From NCBI GenBank assembly GCA_030141605.1, contig JAQGDQ010000433.1:134126-198125 (forward strand): DNA of 64,000 nt, written 5' to 3'. This stretch comes from Tubiluchus corallicola (lineage: Eukaryota; Animalia; Priapulida). Made by a program: the position numbers and the translations under genes. How positions within the stretch are numbered: position 1 is the first letter of the stretch; the number at the start of each line of letters is the position of its first letter. Under the pieces are notes generated by a model. The model searched no databases. It saw only the letters and a program-made list of their open reading frames with translations, and was not told the DNA's origin. This document shows, piece by piece, positions 39,052 through 52,495 of this stretch.

Positions 39052-40815
39052 TTACACGTTTATTTCATTACACTCTTCGTCTTTGAACATGATTACCAGA
39101 GAACGGATCACTGGTCTATCAAGTTTCATCCTTTGCTTCTTCATTTTAGCTATGGCGCCTCTTAGCGTTAATTTACCCCCAGATTTACTTTTATCTTTCC
39201 TTAGTGCATCTAGTATTTTATCATAGGGTAAGTCATACTGCTTTGCCCACTTGTACAAAAGGCCTCTTCCAGGATTCTCTTTCACTGGTGAATGGAGCTG
39301 ATAGTCACACAGCACTCCCCCATGCTTGATTTCGATATTTCGGCTACTCTGGATGTTGTTTTGCAACCTGCGGAAGGTCTTCTCGACGACAACGTTGGAA
39401 AGATCGAAGGTCTGCAGGCCACTAGTATCATTTCCCACAGCTCTGAGTAGCGTCATGGCGCCAGAAGGAGTGAGAGGATTCTGGCTCAGATTAAGCACCT
39501 GCATTGTTGAGTTTTTTGGAATGGCCCTAGCAAGATGTGGAACGCATACGTCAGAAATTCTATTGCTGCTTAAGTTTAAATTCGTTACTGCTGTGTTCGT
39601 CCGGATTACATCGCCTACGACTTTAGCGCACTCTTTCCCCAAACCATTCCACGACAAGTCCACATCTCTTAGCTGGACATTGTTTTTTATTCCTGTGCAG
39701 ATTGCTACGCCACCTTTTCGACGGAAGTGACACCACGATAAATTAATTTCCTCTATCGAATCGTTTTCGGTTAGCGCGGGCCCAAGAATAATGCCACCCT
39801 TTTCACAAAATTCGTTATGACTGATGTCTATATTCCGTAGCAGTGATGCATTAACGATAGCTGCTGCCACGTATTCGGCATCGCTATCTTTAAACATATT
39901 TCCAGATATATTCAATTTTCTAATGGAGCTGTTTGCTGTCATCATATCTCTTATTGCTACAGCACCTTGAGTACACAGCTGGTTGTTGGCGATGTTTAAC
40001 TCGGCTATGAAGCAATTTTCCTTCATCATGTTGCATATGTAAGATGCACCGTCACCACATATCCTGTTGTCTTCCAGATCCAGCTTGGTCAAAGTCGTAT
40101 TAACCATTAGCGGTCGAGAGAGGGCTTTTACGCCTAGTGGTCCCAAACCGTGATGTCTCATTCTGAATTCTTCATCCGTAATGTGCCGGATATAGTAGCT
40201 ATTGGGTATCAATCCAAGGTAATTGCAAGCATCACGGTATAGTTTAACAAGCTTTGCATGGTACTGATTATCATCTTCCTCTTCCTCACTTTGCTCGTCG
40301 CTATCTGAATCTATCAAATGAAGCTTCACATCGGAAAGACTTACTAGTTTATTATCTCCTTTAGCTATCCATTGTTTTTGCAATATTTCCTGGGCGAAGT
40401 TCTTTTCATCTTTGCTCACACCTTCTGTTTGTTTTTCTTCAAGATCAATATCTAGGCTACTTTTCACTTCCTCGTCTTCTGGAGCAATGTCTGTCTTGGT
40501 ATCCTCTTCTTGAAAAAATGGTAAACTGTTGTCATCATCAGATGAAATCTTTTTTACTACTTGATTAATTTCTTGTTGTGGAATTTTACTGTCGGAATCG
40601 TTATCGTTCTCTGCTATAGCATCGCTTTTCTTACCTAACGAATCAGAAATTCCATTATTATCATCTTTACCTTTTGCGGCATTGTCTTTGAATTCTGTAC
40701 TGAAACTGGTACTGTTAGGATCACTGAATTCACCATCTTCAATTTGCTTTACATTTTCAGTTGTACATGAGTTAACTTCCGTTGTGTCTAAGGTATCTGA
40801 TGTACTATTGTCCAT
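39052..40815 (-). CDS. LRRC74: LRRC74-like RNI-type leucine-rich repeat protein, 587 aa, intronless, nested in a RhoGAP intron
   Basis: Acidic N-terminus, then YRDACNYLGLIPNSYYIR...RHHGLGPLGVKAL...NTTLTKLDLEDN and ~28-aa LRRs (LDLEDN, LNIANN, LNISGN, IDISHN, INLSWC, VDLSWN, LNLSSN, LNLSQN). Confidence 0.85.
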   Translation of the reverse strand: MDNSTSDTLDTTEVNSCTTENVKQIEDGEFSDPNSTSFSTEFKDNAAKGKDDNNGISDSLGKKSDAIAENDNDSDSKIPQQEINQVVKKISSDDDNSLPFFQEEDTKTDIAPEDEEVKSSLDIDLEEKQTEGVSKDEKNFAQEILQKQWIAKGDNKLVSLSDVKLHLIDSDSDEQSEEEEDDNQYHAKLVKLYRDACNYLGLIPNSYYIRHITDEEFRMRHHGLGPLGVKALSRPLMVNTTLTKLDLEDNRICGDGASYICNMMKENCFIAELNIANNQLCTQGAVAIRDMMTANSSIRKLNISGNMFKDSDAEYVAAAIVNASLLRNIDISHNEFCEKGGIILGPALTENDSIEEINLSWCHFRRKGGVAICTGIKNNVQLRDVDLSWNGLGKECAKVVGDVIRTNTAVTNLNLSSNRISDVCVPHLARAIPKNSTMQVLNLSQNPLTPSGAMTLLRAVGNDTSGLQTFDLSNVVVEKTFRRLQNNIQSSRNIEIKHGGVLCDYQLHSPVKENPGRGLLYKWAKQYDLPYDKILDALRKDKSKSGGKLTLRGAIAKMKKQRMKLDRPVIRSLVIMFKDEECNEINV

Positions 40816-40889
40816 TTTACTGATGCTCAGCTGCCTTTTTACGACTTTTTGTAAGAATGAAATTAATGAAATACCAGAAGTGCTGGAAG

Positions 40890-40903
40890 GTTGCTATAGC
40901 AAC
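40890..40903. promoter_or_regulatory. Palindromic RFX X-box GTTGCTATAGCAAC
   Basis: Perfect 14-bp palindrome 75 bp upstream of the LRR gene ATG. Confidence 0.7.
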
Positions 40904-41226
40904 AATGCGTCATCTATTACAAAGCGTCAAACATTATATAACTACTGTAAAAGCGCTTTAGTCTCACATTATGTAGCTTGTCTTTCATATGGGAATTCTT
41001 AAGTTCTGCTTGCAGTAACAGAAGCTGAATTAGGAAGATTACAAAGGCTGAAAAATCAACTTAATGAAAAAACTGGAATTTCATTCGTGAACTGCTAAAT
41101 TACGTTTCTAACTTCAAAGGAATTGTTATTAACATCATTTATTTTTGAACACACATGTACTGTTAAGTCACATAAGTGGTTCAATTAAACGAAATTAGCA
41201 AATGTAAAAATAAATATTAAATACTG

Positions 41227-41362
41227 ACAACAATAACAACAACAAGAGCAGCAGCAACAGCAACAACAGTAGCAACAACAGCAGCAACAGCAGCAGCAAC
41301 AGCAACAGCAGCAGATGCAGCAGCAACAACAACAACAGTAGCAGCAACAGCAACAACAACAA
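41227..41362. repeat. (CAA/CAG)n microsatellite
   Basis: Direct observation. Confidence 0.9.
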
Positions 41363-41961
41363 AGACACGGTTATTGTTTACATACAATAAGACAAAGCAA
41401 TTAATTTACTAAGACGCCACACGCTTTAACATTTCTCTCAATTGATACTTTGATAAAAAATTAAAATTCCTCTTTTCTATACAACTTATACAATATTTTG
41501 CTAAATTTATTGTCGCTAGCTGCCTGGAACTTACCTCGTATCTTTTCACAATTTCACAAGATAATGTATGAAAATTTCTAAATACATCTTCTAGAGTAAC
41601 ATTATTTTCTATAACAATTTTATACAAGTTGAAACCCATTATTGAGGTTTACGTCATACGACGTATGTTTGGCTATAAAGTTAATTATCGAGTTACGACT
41701 ATTTTTACACGCTACATAGAATTTAAGAAACCGTTTTGCAAAGTGCTTACACGACTGAATGGTACCAGCAATATCTACATATCTACGTTTGTATGCAACT
41801 AAGTTAAGACGATTACAAAGGCTGAAAAATTATTGAAAAAAGTGCAAATTTCTTTCACAACTGGAACTTACGTTTTTAAGTTTAAGGAAATTATCTTTAA
41901 TGTATGAAAATACCTTAACGTTTAATTAAACAAACATAATGGGACGAGTACTTTTATTTGT

Positions 41962-42525
41962 TTATTTTTATTTTATTTCGTAATCTTCACAGTACAATAG
42001 ATGAGTAACCGGGCAGTCGAAAAGTGAAATGAAATAATAAAGGAATACTACAAAAAGAGTGCAAATTAAAACAAAGTGATGATAATAACATATGTAGAAG
42101 ATTACGGTAAAAACACAAAGAACTCGAAATAGCTGCTTACAAGTGTCTGTTAAAAAGTAAAAATTTGCTAAAATCAACATGACATAACAATTTTTTAAAT
42201 ACTTTTCTGTTGCCAGCATTTACAGTTGGAACATCATTCACATGTGATGGTAGTTTATTCCATAAACTTACAACTCTGTTGCTGAAGAAATGTTTAAAGC
42301 TGTTAAGTGAGCTTTTTATCACTTATAATTTCATATGTGGCCCCTTGTAATATTTGCAAGTGGTGCAAAGTTAAAAACAGATTCACTCGAGATTGATATG
42401 TCACCATGAATTATGTTATAACACGTAGTTAGATCATTATAAAGGCGTCTTAATTCTAGGAGTTCCAATTTAAGTATTGATAATCTATTTGGATATGACG
42501 TAGAGTGCAACCAGGAGTTCATGTT
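41962..42525 (-). mobile_element. CR1-like LINE 3' fragment
   Basis: SYPNRLSILKLELLELRRLYNDL..CYNIIHG...TRGH...FFSNRVVSLWNKLP, followed by an A-rich tail. Confidence 0.8.
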
Positions 42526-42635
42526 GTTCTCTCTCATCCAATCTGCCTCCTTTTTGCATTAAAAATGTGATTAATTAATATCTTAAAACCAAGTTTTACA
42601 ACGATGAGAGCAATGGCAATAAACAAGTTGCCACA

Positions 42636-43125
42636 AATGTAATGTAATGTAATGTAATGTAATGTAATGTAATGTAATGTAATGCAATGTAATGTAATGT
42701 AATGTAATGTAATGTAATGTAATGTAATGTAATGTAATGTAATGTAATGTAATGTAATGTAATGAAATGTAACATTTGTTTACATATTGCACTACATCAT
42801 TTAAACTCTCCGCACGCTGAACAATAAAATACATTTAAAATCCATAAGGAACCCAAAATTTAAAAGACATTAAATAATTCATCATAAAATGTATGATTTA
42901 AACAAACGTGTTTTAAGATGTTGTTTAAAACACTCTAATGAATTTGTAGAAAGTATAGCAATAGGTAAGTTATTCCCGAGACGTGGAGCACAGACAGAGA
43001 AAAGCTTTTTCACCATAGAATATTAGGAATTGGCTGATGTAAATGAATTTGTTCATTAGCATTAGAACAAAGTGTTCGGCCTATGTTGTTAAAAGATCAG
43101 TAAAGTATGCAGGTGCTAAATTAGG
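42636..43125 (-). mobile_element. L2-like LINE 3' fragment with (CATTA)n tail
   Basis: Minus-strand AFSVCAPRLGNNLP...SLECFKQHLKTRLF, then the pentamer tail at 42636-42772. Confidence 0.7.
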
Positions 43126-44063
43126 ATAAATTAATTTCTTTCGTAATTATTCTTTCATTTTAGCTTCGACGACTTCGGGCTGTTTGTTCCTTTTTACAAA
43201 ACAAAACGCTTTCGTGTAGCTTTTGAAAGGCAAGTTGACGATTTTCCAGGAAGCCAGCTAACACGGGTAATTTTGCGACAGCAGAGGCAAATTCACGCAT
43301 AACTATCATCGTCTTAGAACTGTGAATTTATTGTGTAGGCATGGGAATAATAAAATTGATTCAAAACACTGGCAGCATCTCTTGCAAGAGAGTTTTTGAA
43401 AGAATTTTATGTGTCATAGATTTTTGACGCCTGTTTCACTACAACAAACAATAATAAATAAGTAAGTTAACGTTACCGTGTTTCTTAACGACTTTTAATA
43501 CTGTCATTGTCTTCATGTGAGAGGCTTTTATATAGGCTCCTTTTTGTACAACTGTTAGCCCATCACCTAGTATCGTTATAAGATTTCATCTGTTCCAGGT
43601 ATCGACTAAATTGTTATCTGCTTATTAATACCCCTTTGTATGTTATTATGTTAAAATAATTTTACTACCATTGCTGTGTATTTTGCGCTATACTTTAGCA
43701 AAATTTCTTAACTAATATTTGTGTCGTTTGCAACATTGCGCGTTACACCTATCGTTATTGTAAATGTACATGTAATTTTGTTGGTCGTAATGACAATAAA
43801 AATACTACTACTATATATGTATGTACGTACGTGCGTGCGTGCGTGCGTGCATGTGTGTGTGTGTGTGTATGTATGTATTGTTCTAACTCTTTTTGTGTAC
43901 TAATAAATACAGTTTAAACCTAATAAGTTAAAGTGTAAAAAGGGAAGAAATAGGCAATTTGAAAGTATTTTCCAAAAAATTTTCCGTTCAAAGTTATATT
44001 CCTTTGCATTAGCTTTACCTGTTTGCAAGACATGAAAAACTATAAAAGAAAATTCTTAGGAAT

Positions 44064-44578
44064 TTAAAGCAAAACCGAACCCAATCATAAACTGTAGGTC
44101 AAAACAATCTACCCTTTAAAATAATGAAAGGAAACATATTATTTTTTTCAAAAATGACTTACGTGAAATAATTATTACCACACAAACACAATTTCACATT
44201 CGCGCCACTAGTTCTTCACTGTTACATGCATTTCGCCATTTGCTAGTTAGACGGACACTAGCGCCTTTGAAATGTGAATTTTTATCTCAAAACTTGCCGA
44301 GTTTTATTATAACACACTGAATCTCTAAAAGAACTACTGTATTTCAATTTTCCTCTTTCGCAAACACGTGCAACACGCTCGTGGAATATTTTTGCTGTTG
44401 AAAATTATGTTAGTTTGTTATGTCACCAATAGTTGGGCTCGTCTGTCGTTAATTAAGATGTTAATCTATCATTTAATTATCAGAAGCACTTTTTCAATAT
44501 TGTTCGTGTTAAAATGTATACTTTCAACCGTACTTGAAAATGGAACAGAATATGAAAAATCATCGTGTTTTCCTTTAA
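44064..44578 (-). mobile_element. Family A TTAA element
   Basis: ttaaagcaaaaccgaaccc ... gttttcctttaa. Confidence 0.78.
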
Positions 44579-45211
44579 ATGGACAGATTAAACAAAATTT
44601 ATTCTACTGTTTTTGTGGATCTTCATTACATTGCCCGCAGATGGTTACACAAATTACATCGTGCATATTACTAGGAAGCAACCTGGGAATATTCCTGTAT
44701 AAACTGTAGAACTTTGAAGCATCTATGATGCGGGATTATTTGCTGCTATTAGACCTATAAGATTGATGAAATACACAGCTTCTTGTGCAGAAACCGTTGA
44801 ATTACCTTGGGATGACGACACAGCTAATGCCTGATATATTGATTTGGTTTTATACTATATGCTGCACCACTAATTACAAAGTGACATCAAGCATGGGGGG
44901 GGGGGGGTGAAATTAACTACATCTGTTTCCACAAGCCGTCCAGCAGCGAGCTATATAGCTATTCTGTAATCCTATTTTTTGTGCAGATTATAGAGGAGGA
45001 GAGCTATTTGCCCAGTGCTGAAAGGAGGAAACGTACTAAAATAACTTAGCAGAGGTTCTAATGGGGTACTCGATTGCCTTTATACCTCCGAGCTTTTAAG
45101 GAACTGGTCATCTAAACTTGACTAAGTTTAAGAGGATAAGAAGTGGACCAACTTTTGACTAAGTTTAAGAGGATAAGGAGTGGACCAACTTTAGTGGATA
45201 AGGCGGTAACA

Positions 45212-46079
45212 TTAAAGCAAAACCGAACCCAATCTTATAATGTAGGTGAAAACAATCTACTCTTTAAAATATTGAAAGGAAACGTACTATTTTTTTTTCA
45301 AAAAATACCTTACGTGAAAGAATTGTTGCCACACAATAAAATATGTAATGATATTTTATTTGCCATAAAATTGATTACAATAAAATCATAATCCTCAGTG
45401 TTAAAACTGTTTCATAATTGTTAAGAAACTGCTTAAGGCAAATGCGTAACAAACACAGTTTTGCGTTGGCGCCACTAGCTCTTCGCTGTTAGATGCATTA
45501 CGCTATTCGCTAGTTAGACAGGCACTAGCCCCTGCATTTTAAACAAATTATCAAAACTATCTAACCTAGAATGACTTACGTGAACGAATTGTTACTGCAG
45601 AAATCTTATTTCGCCATGTTACATGCGTTCGTCCATTCGCTAGTTAGACGGGCACTGGTACGTACATCTCGGAAACGCATTGCATAAAAACAGGTGCTGT
45701 AGCTCTCAGTTCCAAAGTGTTAGTTTGTGATGAACTACACACGTTCGATAGCTCTAACGTGAGCACAGCGGCAAATTTGAAATTTGAATTTTTATCTAAA
45801 AACTTGCGTAGTTTTAGTACAACACACTTAATGTCTTAGAGTAGCACTGTACTTCAATTTTCGCTTTCACAAACACGTGCAACACGCTTTTGGAATATTT
45901 TTGTTGTTGAAAATTATGCTAGTTTGTGATGTCATCAATAGTTAGGCTCGCCTGCCGTTAATTAAGTTTTTAGCCTACTATTAATTATCATTTTGCAGTA
46001 TTAACTGTGTTAAAATGTTTACTTTTAACTGTGCTTGAAAGTGGGGTAGTACATGAAAAATCATCCTGTCTTCCTATAA
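45212..46079 (-). mobile_element. Family A element with internal duplication/insertion
   Basis: Both termini present; the segment aatgacttacgtgaa...ttcgctagttagac occurs twice. Confidence 0.72.
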
Positions 46080-46679
46080 GTAAGCGATTAAAAGGCAGAA
46101 AGTACTTGCAATTTGAAAACTGCATGTGACTTATTGTGTGAGGTCTCGAATCCCCAAAAAATCGGTCGTAACTGGAAAATTAAAGAGAATGGGCTATCAA
46201 ACTTGCAACAATATAACGCTTAATAATAATAATAATAATAATAATAATTTCAGTTTGAGTTACTAATTAGTATAGATGAAGAATAGTGAAATGACAGGTA
46301 GTCAGAGTCCTTGGATCGAACGCTTAAGGTCATGGGTCAAATATGTACAATTAAAACTGAAAGGTGGGTTGCCAATCTTTTGTAACTTCTGGTGAGAAAT
46401 TGGCTTCCGAAAAACCCTTAGAGCAAACTTAGGTACATTATCATTGTCTCCTCCTGCTCATAAATGATAAACGCGTAGTCGGTTTTAATAATGAATGAAC
46501 TCGTGTTTCTGTGATGAGTTGTGTATTTTTAGATCATTACGTACGTGTGCAGCAGAGGTTAGCAGGTATTTCTGGGATGTGGGGCAACTTCGTGTGCATG
46601 CAAACATCAAATGGTTTTACGAGGCTTCTTCTTCAAGGCTTCATTTCCATCTATTGTAGGCACTGAGGTATCAACTTTC

Positions 46680-46950
46680 ATCAGAGTATTCCATCCACTT
46701 CTATCTGCAGCTAACAGTGTAAGTTCTTCTACTCATAAAGATAGATTCGGTTGAAGTTGTTGAACATCTCTATTTATCTTAGCTATTCAAGTTGTTTTTG
46801 GTTTGCCAGGTGTTTTTTTTGCAAGGTTTTAAGGCTTCTTTTAAGGCTATTCTTACTGGTGCTTCACTTGGTAATCTTAGAAGATGTCCTAGCCATCTTA
46901 ATCTTCGGATCTTGACTTTTGAACTTCAAGAAGTTTCTTTTATTCTGGTG
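46680..46950 (-). mobile_element. RTE-like LINE C-terminal fragment
   Basis: KIRRLRWLGHLLRLPSEAPVRIAL...PGKPKTT...LAADRSGW. Confidence 0.7.
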
Positions 46951-47016
46951 TAATTAATTCATTTTTGATTAAAATTAGTTAAAACGCACCAATGCTACAG
47001 GTATTACGGGTAAACT

Positions 47017-47565
47017 TAGAACGTTCAATTCGATTCGAACGAGTTTTTTTATTTGAACTGTATTCGAGCCTAAAATTACGTTTAAACTAGCAATGGAGAA
47101 AAATGGGTTAGTATGTCTTTCCTCACGGTGAATCTGTTCTGGTAACGAAAGAATGTCTGATTCTGGTCATTCCGAATGTGGGTAATTGAAGCCAACTTGG
47201 GCATTTAAAGCCACAATTTCTGCTGCACCTCTAGATTAAGAGGTACATCTCCTGTGTGTCTTGAATTCACCACTTCAACTCCACATACGTTCTTTATCAT
47301 TAATTTGTTAGAAACAACATACAATCATCAAAATTCAGGTGGGATTTCTGTGCACAATTCTAAAGCAAATATTAGTGCTTTTACTGCAGAACAAAATCAA
47401 GTAATATGCACGATCTTTACGGCACTGCTTTTTACAAGTAATTCGAAAATTCGTTCGAAAATCTTTAAAGCTCAATTCAAATTCGATTCTGATTCGATTG
47501 TTGAAGTTCGGTTTTAGCTCGAGTCGCGGAAGTAAAAAATTCGATTCGAGTCGAATTCGGGTTCT
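47017..47565. mobile_element. TIR element with subterminal TTCGAT/TTCGAA repeats (hAT-like)
   Basis: tagaacgttcaattcgattcgaac ... ttcgattcgagtcgaattcgggttctg; related pieces at 10359-10410 and 48384-48522. Confidence 0.5.
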
Positions 47566-48246
47566 GATAAATGATGCTCACGCCTGCAACTGATTTTAAT
47601 TGTTTATGAGTTAAATGGATAATGTGATAAACTTTTCTGGTATCATGAGACCGATGTTCTATATAAAAAAAGCAAAAAACTTTTTATAGGCCCTTTCAAA
47701 TATGACAAAAGTTTCGTAAAAAGATAAAAGCTCTTTTCTAACTTAGAGGTTTCTTTCGGCTAAGCTTTTAATAACAGCTTCTAATGTAACAAAGTATCTT
47801 ATCCTCACACAGTAAATTAGTCCATTTATAAATCAGTATACATGCGTCTCTTTCATTGTCACATTTATGCAGCTACACAGAAAGCTGACAGGTTTAATAC
47901 CTAGCGGTGGATAAGATTAATGGACGCAGTTCATTATGCAATAATAACGCATCATCAGGTGTACAATTCCCACCTGTGCAGGCAGACATTCAATATTCAA
48001 CAGACATACTGGCTTCATTGATTTCGTGAAAGCTTCTATTAAAGAATTCAGCGTCATCATGCGGTTTTATAAAAATCGGAAATCGCAATTCATCATATGC
48101 ATCTGCGTTAGGCAAACATTCTGTTTTTCTGAACATCAAACAAATTTACTAAGCTGTAAGATGTATCACGCGTGAACTTCTAATATTTGGATTTAACGTC
48201 AAATTTTGTTTGTTGAGAGTATTTGAGTTGAACTGCCGCACAAAGA

Positions 48247-48376
48247 ATGACCAGAATCATACATGTGTGATGACCAGAATCGTACATGTGTGATGACCAG
48301 AATCGTACATGTGTGATGACCAGAATCGTACATGTATGATGACCAGAATCATACATGTGTGAATCATACATGTGTG
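48247..48376. repeat. 23-bp minisatellite, ~5 copies
   Basis: Unit atgaccagaatcRtacatgtgtg. Confidence 0.9.
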
Positions 48377-49228
48377 AAATTTCTCTTTCGTTACCAGAAC
48401 ATGTTTATCACGAGGAAAGAGAAACTGACCGATTTCTGTCCATTGCTAGTTTAGACATAATTATAGGTTCGAATAGGATTCGAATTAAAAAACTCGTTCG
48501 AATCGAATTCGAACGTTCAAAGGTACCCCTAATCAATAGCATTAGTACATTTAAACTAGTAAAATTATTTGCTGTTTGCAGCTTGCACACGATAGATGCA
48601 AAGGACGACTTTCTGACTAGTTTAATGTAAAACTTTATAAATAATTTTGACAAAATAAGAAGGCCAAATTGTTGTTCTAATATAGATATTATGTGTAACT
48701 TATAATTAGGTGGGCCTATATTCAACCATAGCTATTCGCATGCGCAATTATAGCTATAAATAATTCTATTTGTATATACTTATATATACATGATTCCTAT
48801 ATGTTTATATATTATGGAGGAAATTTCAGTACTAAAAGTTACCCCACATCCTACAAATACTTGCTAACCTCTGCTGCACATGTACGTAATGATCTAAAAA
48901 TAATGTTCATCACAGAAACACAAGTTCGTTAATTATTAAAAGCGACTTCGCGTTTATCGTTTATGAGCAGAACTTCAGTCTTGAAGACGCGCCATTATTA
49001 GAACAGTAGAGCTGTCCGCGAGCGGCAGTGTGCTGTATTGTATTTACCCTAGCCATGAGGATTTAACGAATAGCAGTACTGATGACTCGAGTGACTGATA
49101 TTGAATTGACATTAGATGTGTAATTTACCAGAAGGCGAGAGCAATACACTTTACCTGTTACACAGACGCTAATGAGACTTCTTTCACAAGTTCCTTTGCT
49201 TTTTCAAAAGAACCTTTCCATTTTAACA

Positions 49229-49485
<257 letters not shown>

Positions 49486-50483
49486 TTATTAACCATAAAA
49501 TTAAAATTTACAGTCTTTAACACGGAAAGGAGAATTGAAACATTTCATAGTCCAAAATTTTTTACTTTTCAGAAAACAGCGACATTATACAAAGGTTAAA
49601 AAAGTTCACAATAACAACTTTTCATTCAGTTTCAATAAAAAAATGAAATGACTGAGCTGAGCTTACAGAATTTTACAGAATTGTAGCACTTCATTATGGT
49701 ACTTGCAAAAATTTTGTGTGTTTTCTTATGTATAAGCTTTAAAAATGTTAAAACAGATCTCAAATACAAAATTGCTATTCATAATTGACATTGTGTATAT
49801 AAACTAAGTGAACATTGCTGAGTATGTAACTGCTGCATGCTGGAATGAGGTACTGATACGAATTGTAAAAGAGCTTTGATATAAACCATATCTGTCATGG
49901 AAAACAAAGTCAGAGTCAATGGTCAGGACGCACAGAGTGGATTTTCGCGCCCAATTTGGGGCTTTGACAAAATGTATTTCTCCTAAACACGATTCTAGTG
50001 GCTCTGATCGTCTTTTTGTATTCTCAAGAAGAATGACGCTAAATGTGAAGTAAGTTTCACAGGAAACTCAGAAACACTCTTTAATCGGTGTTTAAATCAA
50101 GAAGCTGTGTATAATTTAGATAGTTATATACACATAAACTTGCAGCAGATTTCACAATATAAACTACAGTTTCCAGTATTAGTTGCGCCTGTATTAGTCT
50201 CTACTATTAATAATCTTTCTGCTAAATAACAAATTTCCTAGAGACTTCGTTGCTCTCAATAACTGTTATAATAGACAAGCTCCAAATTTAAATCCTACGT
50301 TTCCTGAAACTAAGTCGTAAAAACGTCTTTGTTCAAATATTCCAGAGCCCCAGTTTCGCTGCGAGACCTCATCACGGGAAGCCATTGGCATAGCAATGTC
50401 TAGTTTTTGAGGTGGATCACTGCTGCCATTGGGGGCAGATTCTTTTATTTAGAGTTTTGCCTGCTAATGTCTACAATAGACGT

Positions 50484-50643
50484 AATGATGATGGCGATGA
50501 TGATGATGATGAGGAGGAGGAGGAGGAGGAGGGAGAGGAGGGGAGGAGGGAGAGGAGGGGAGGAGGAGGAGGATTAGGAGGAGGAGGGGAGGAGGATGGT
50601 GGTGGTGATAATGATGATAATGATGATGACGGTGATGATGGTG
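50484..50643. repeat. (GAT)n/(GAG)n purine-rich simple repeat
   Basis: Direct observation. Confidence 0.85.
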
Positions 50644-51846
50644 ACTTTGTGTTTGTCTTTGACATCGGAACGCGAGACACATTAGGACTTCATTTCAGGG
50701 GATTCAGCGGATGAATGAATAGATGGCGCTCAAGTTCCACTAGAGTTTTGACGAGGCATTCGTCGAGGGAGTAATTGGCAGCATTCGGACAAAGCTAAAG
50801 TACGTGAGTCGACCGACAATAGCTGATTAATTTCTATAAACCAGCAGCAATGAAAAATGAAAGCAATTTTCTGCGAGTATCATTAGTAACACAGAGAATA
50901 ACAAAGGGTGTTATCATAAAAAATTACTTCTGCTCCACACGCAATGTGCAGCTATGCACGCGCGCATGCGCAGAATGCATACACACAAATTTGTTGCAAG
51001 AGTTTCGATAATCGAGTAATTCTCCAATCCAAATCATTGTGCGGCCATTTTAACTGCTATATAAAGGTGATGCATATTGCTACTCACTGTGACATTTTCT
51101 TTTTACATAATTTGACAGCCTGCAAACCTAATGCAGCACTCATCAATAGTACGGCTCATGAAACGTCTCAGAAACAATTTTCCAAGCAGTCTGCCTACTC
51201 ATTTGTTAACCAGGCACAGTGTTACTTAACTTTGATTGCTAATCTCACACCTCCATTACTCAGCTATTCCACTCACTCCAAATTACGTTGTTTTTTCGGT
51301 CACGTCACATTTTCCATTTAATCTTTGCACAACTCACGTTTGCGCTATAATAGGCTTACCTTTATACAACAGAGCTGGTTTAAACACTAATATTTTGCAC
51401 ATGATTTTATGTAAAACTTTACTTATAAATGAAATTCGAATGAAAGTGGCTTCCGGTATGTAAAAATTTATAATTTAACTCAGTCAAAAGCGCTTACTAT
51501 GTTGATAAAATCTATGGATGTTTAATGTCTGTATTTGTAGTAGAGACTTTAAAAGACAAAAAACTCTCTTGAGAAAAGCTTAAAAATAAAGCTTTAAAAA
51601 TCTCATTGAAATTTCATATCACTCACACACTCTGTTATTGCATACAGAGCTTGTATTAACAGTAATGCTGTATAAAATTTGTAAATTTAAACCCCAGCGA
51701 TGACCGTTAGGCGCAGCCATTTTAACAGTAAGTCGTTTGAAACAAGTTTAGATAATATTGCATAAAGTTTGAAAAGACATTCATAATGCAGTACACCCTT
51801 CGCTAATTAGGCAAAAGTTTAAATTACTATAACTTGTCGATAAGAT

Positions 51847-51881
51847 CTGTTTGTCTACCTGTCTATTTGTCTGTCTGTCTA

Positions 51882-51968
<87 letters not shown>
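51847..51968. repeat. (TCTG)n microsatellite
   Basis: Direct observation. Confidence 0.9.
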
Positions 51969-51971
<3 letters not shown>

Positions 51972-52170
51972 ATTGGTGAAACTTACTGTTAACTGTGCAA
52001 TTGTTGTATATATCTCAGTTTATTAATTTACTGCGTTAATGTGTGTGTGTGTGTTTTTGTTTCTTGTTGTAAATATGTGAACCGTTGAACCTTTGGTTTG
52101 AAATGAAAAGTTAAATAAAAAAACAATCAATCTGCCTGCCTGCCTGCCTCTATGTGTGTCTGTTTATCTA

Positions 52171-52201
<31 letters not shown>

Positions 52202-52335
52202 GCATATCTGTTGTTTGTTCGGAAGTTGCTCAGTTGGTTAAATACGGGTTTCCTTTTTTGCCCACGATCACTAGTTTCAGCTCTACGAAAGTTACTAATA
52301 AGTTTTTCCGCTTCCCTGCTGCTTTATGGACTTAC

Positions 52336-52495
52336 CTTTTGGTGCGGTTACCACTATTCCAGGATCTATGGCTTGTAGCTTGGCCAGAGCGATCTTCTGC
52401 AATGCCTGTCGTTCCAATTCTGACAAATTGAACAACGTCGTGTCCATTAAGAGAATATTTCTTGTACCCAAGCAACTGGTCCATTTGCAGTATCC
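52336..52495 (-). CDS. ARHGAP6: RhoGAP most 5' coding exon found (GYCKWTS...LFNLSELERQALQKIALAKLQAIDPGIVVTAPK)
   Basis: LSELER..LQ..A motif of the ARHGAP6/36 N-terminal region; TTTTAACAG acceptor, G|GTAAG donor; 160 nt, phase 0 to 1. Not in the ORF track. Confidence 0.88.

Noticed and set aside
44368-44709. Recurring short ORFs of family A (1706, 28054, 30385, 44368)
   Set aside because: Variable starts, stops and frames; non-coding repeat with no transposase motifs.
44800-44855. Mini-exon ending ...VIPR|GTAAT
   Set aside because: Wrong phase for that reading and a weak acceptor; the homologous exon is at 52336-52495.
50412-50714. Pro/Ser-rich or acidic ORFs as a possible extra exon
   Set aside because: Dominated by trinucleotide repeats; no convincing in-phase splice pair; flanking RhoGAP exons already join in frame.
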